A stretch of 63,752 nucleotides of DNA, filler included, from Octopus bimaculoides (taxonomy: Eukaryota), in the NCBI RefSeq assembly GCF_001194135.2. It is 5 parts of 5 records of this genome, joined end to end, with 100 filler letters (N's around TTAATTAATTAA, not from the genome) between each part and the next. Parts side by side here need not be neighbours in the genome. Positions count along the whole stretch, not along the records: positions 62,648 to 63,752 come from NW_026325957.1; 4 more parts are not named here. The stretch is one strand, 5' to 3'. Position 1 is the first letter of the stretch. Each line of letters begins with the position of its first letter. This document shows, piece after piece, positions 63,610-63,752 of this stretch. The notes below the pieces were generated by a model. The model searched no databases. It had not been told where the DNA came from and was given only the letters and a program-made list of their open reading frames with translations. Both the position numbers and the translations under genes were made by a program.

Positions 63610-63752
63610 AAAGAAATAAGAAACGTTAACATGTACGAAATGCCTAACGGTATTTGGGTCTTTACGCTCTGAGTTCAAATTCTTATTTCTTTACTGCCCA
63701 CAAGGGGCTATACACAGAGGGAACAAACAAGGACAGACAAACGGATTAAGTC
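63610..63752 (+). mobile_element. SINE fragment at window end
   Basis: tttacgctctgagttcaaatt and gaggg.acaaacaaggacagacaaa.ggattaagt; the latter is the same block seen at 20366-20396. Confidence 0.7.

Overview
AT-rich, microsatellite- and SINE-dense animal DNA, not prokaryotic. The repeat families and intron style suggest an octopod cephalopod; this is inferred from pattern recognition. The draft assembly has many N gaps, four of them 100-bp joins carrying an artificial TTAATTAATTAA linker. Three protein-coding genes are supportable, all on the minus strand. (1) Six internal exons of GGNBP2/ZNF403 (15115-23873), with consistent splice phases and clear family motifs; its 5' and 3' exons were not found. 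(2) An unidentified gene with a predicted signal peptide and a chain of very small exons (about 44243-60230), starting at a CpG-retaining, ETS-motif promoter near 60.2 kb; exon calls are manual and one junction is unresolved. (3) The first coding exon of an L-threonine aldolase-like gene (63109-63214). The rest is degenerate mobile DNA: mariner and Tc1-like transposases, an R4/Dong-type LINE next to (AAT)n, Tx1/L1 and RTE fragments, several SINE families, MITE/foldback elements, minisatellites and microsatellites. No CRISPR, rRNA or intact tRNA is supportable. The best leads are the micro-exon gene and its possible splicing controls, a CpG-rich LTR-like module in a GGNBP2 intron, a SINE-derived higher-order tandem repeat, and the divergent threonine aldolase start. 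Repeat boundaries are approximate.
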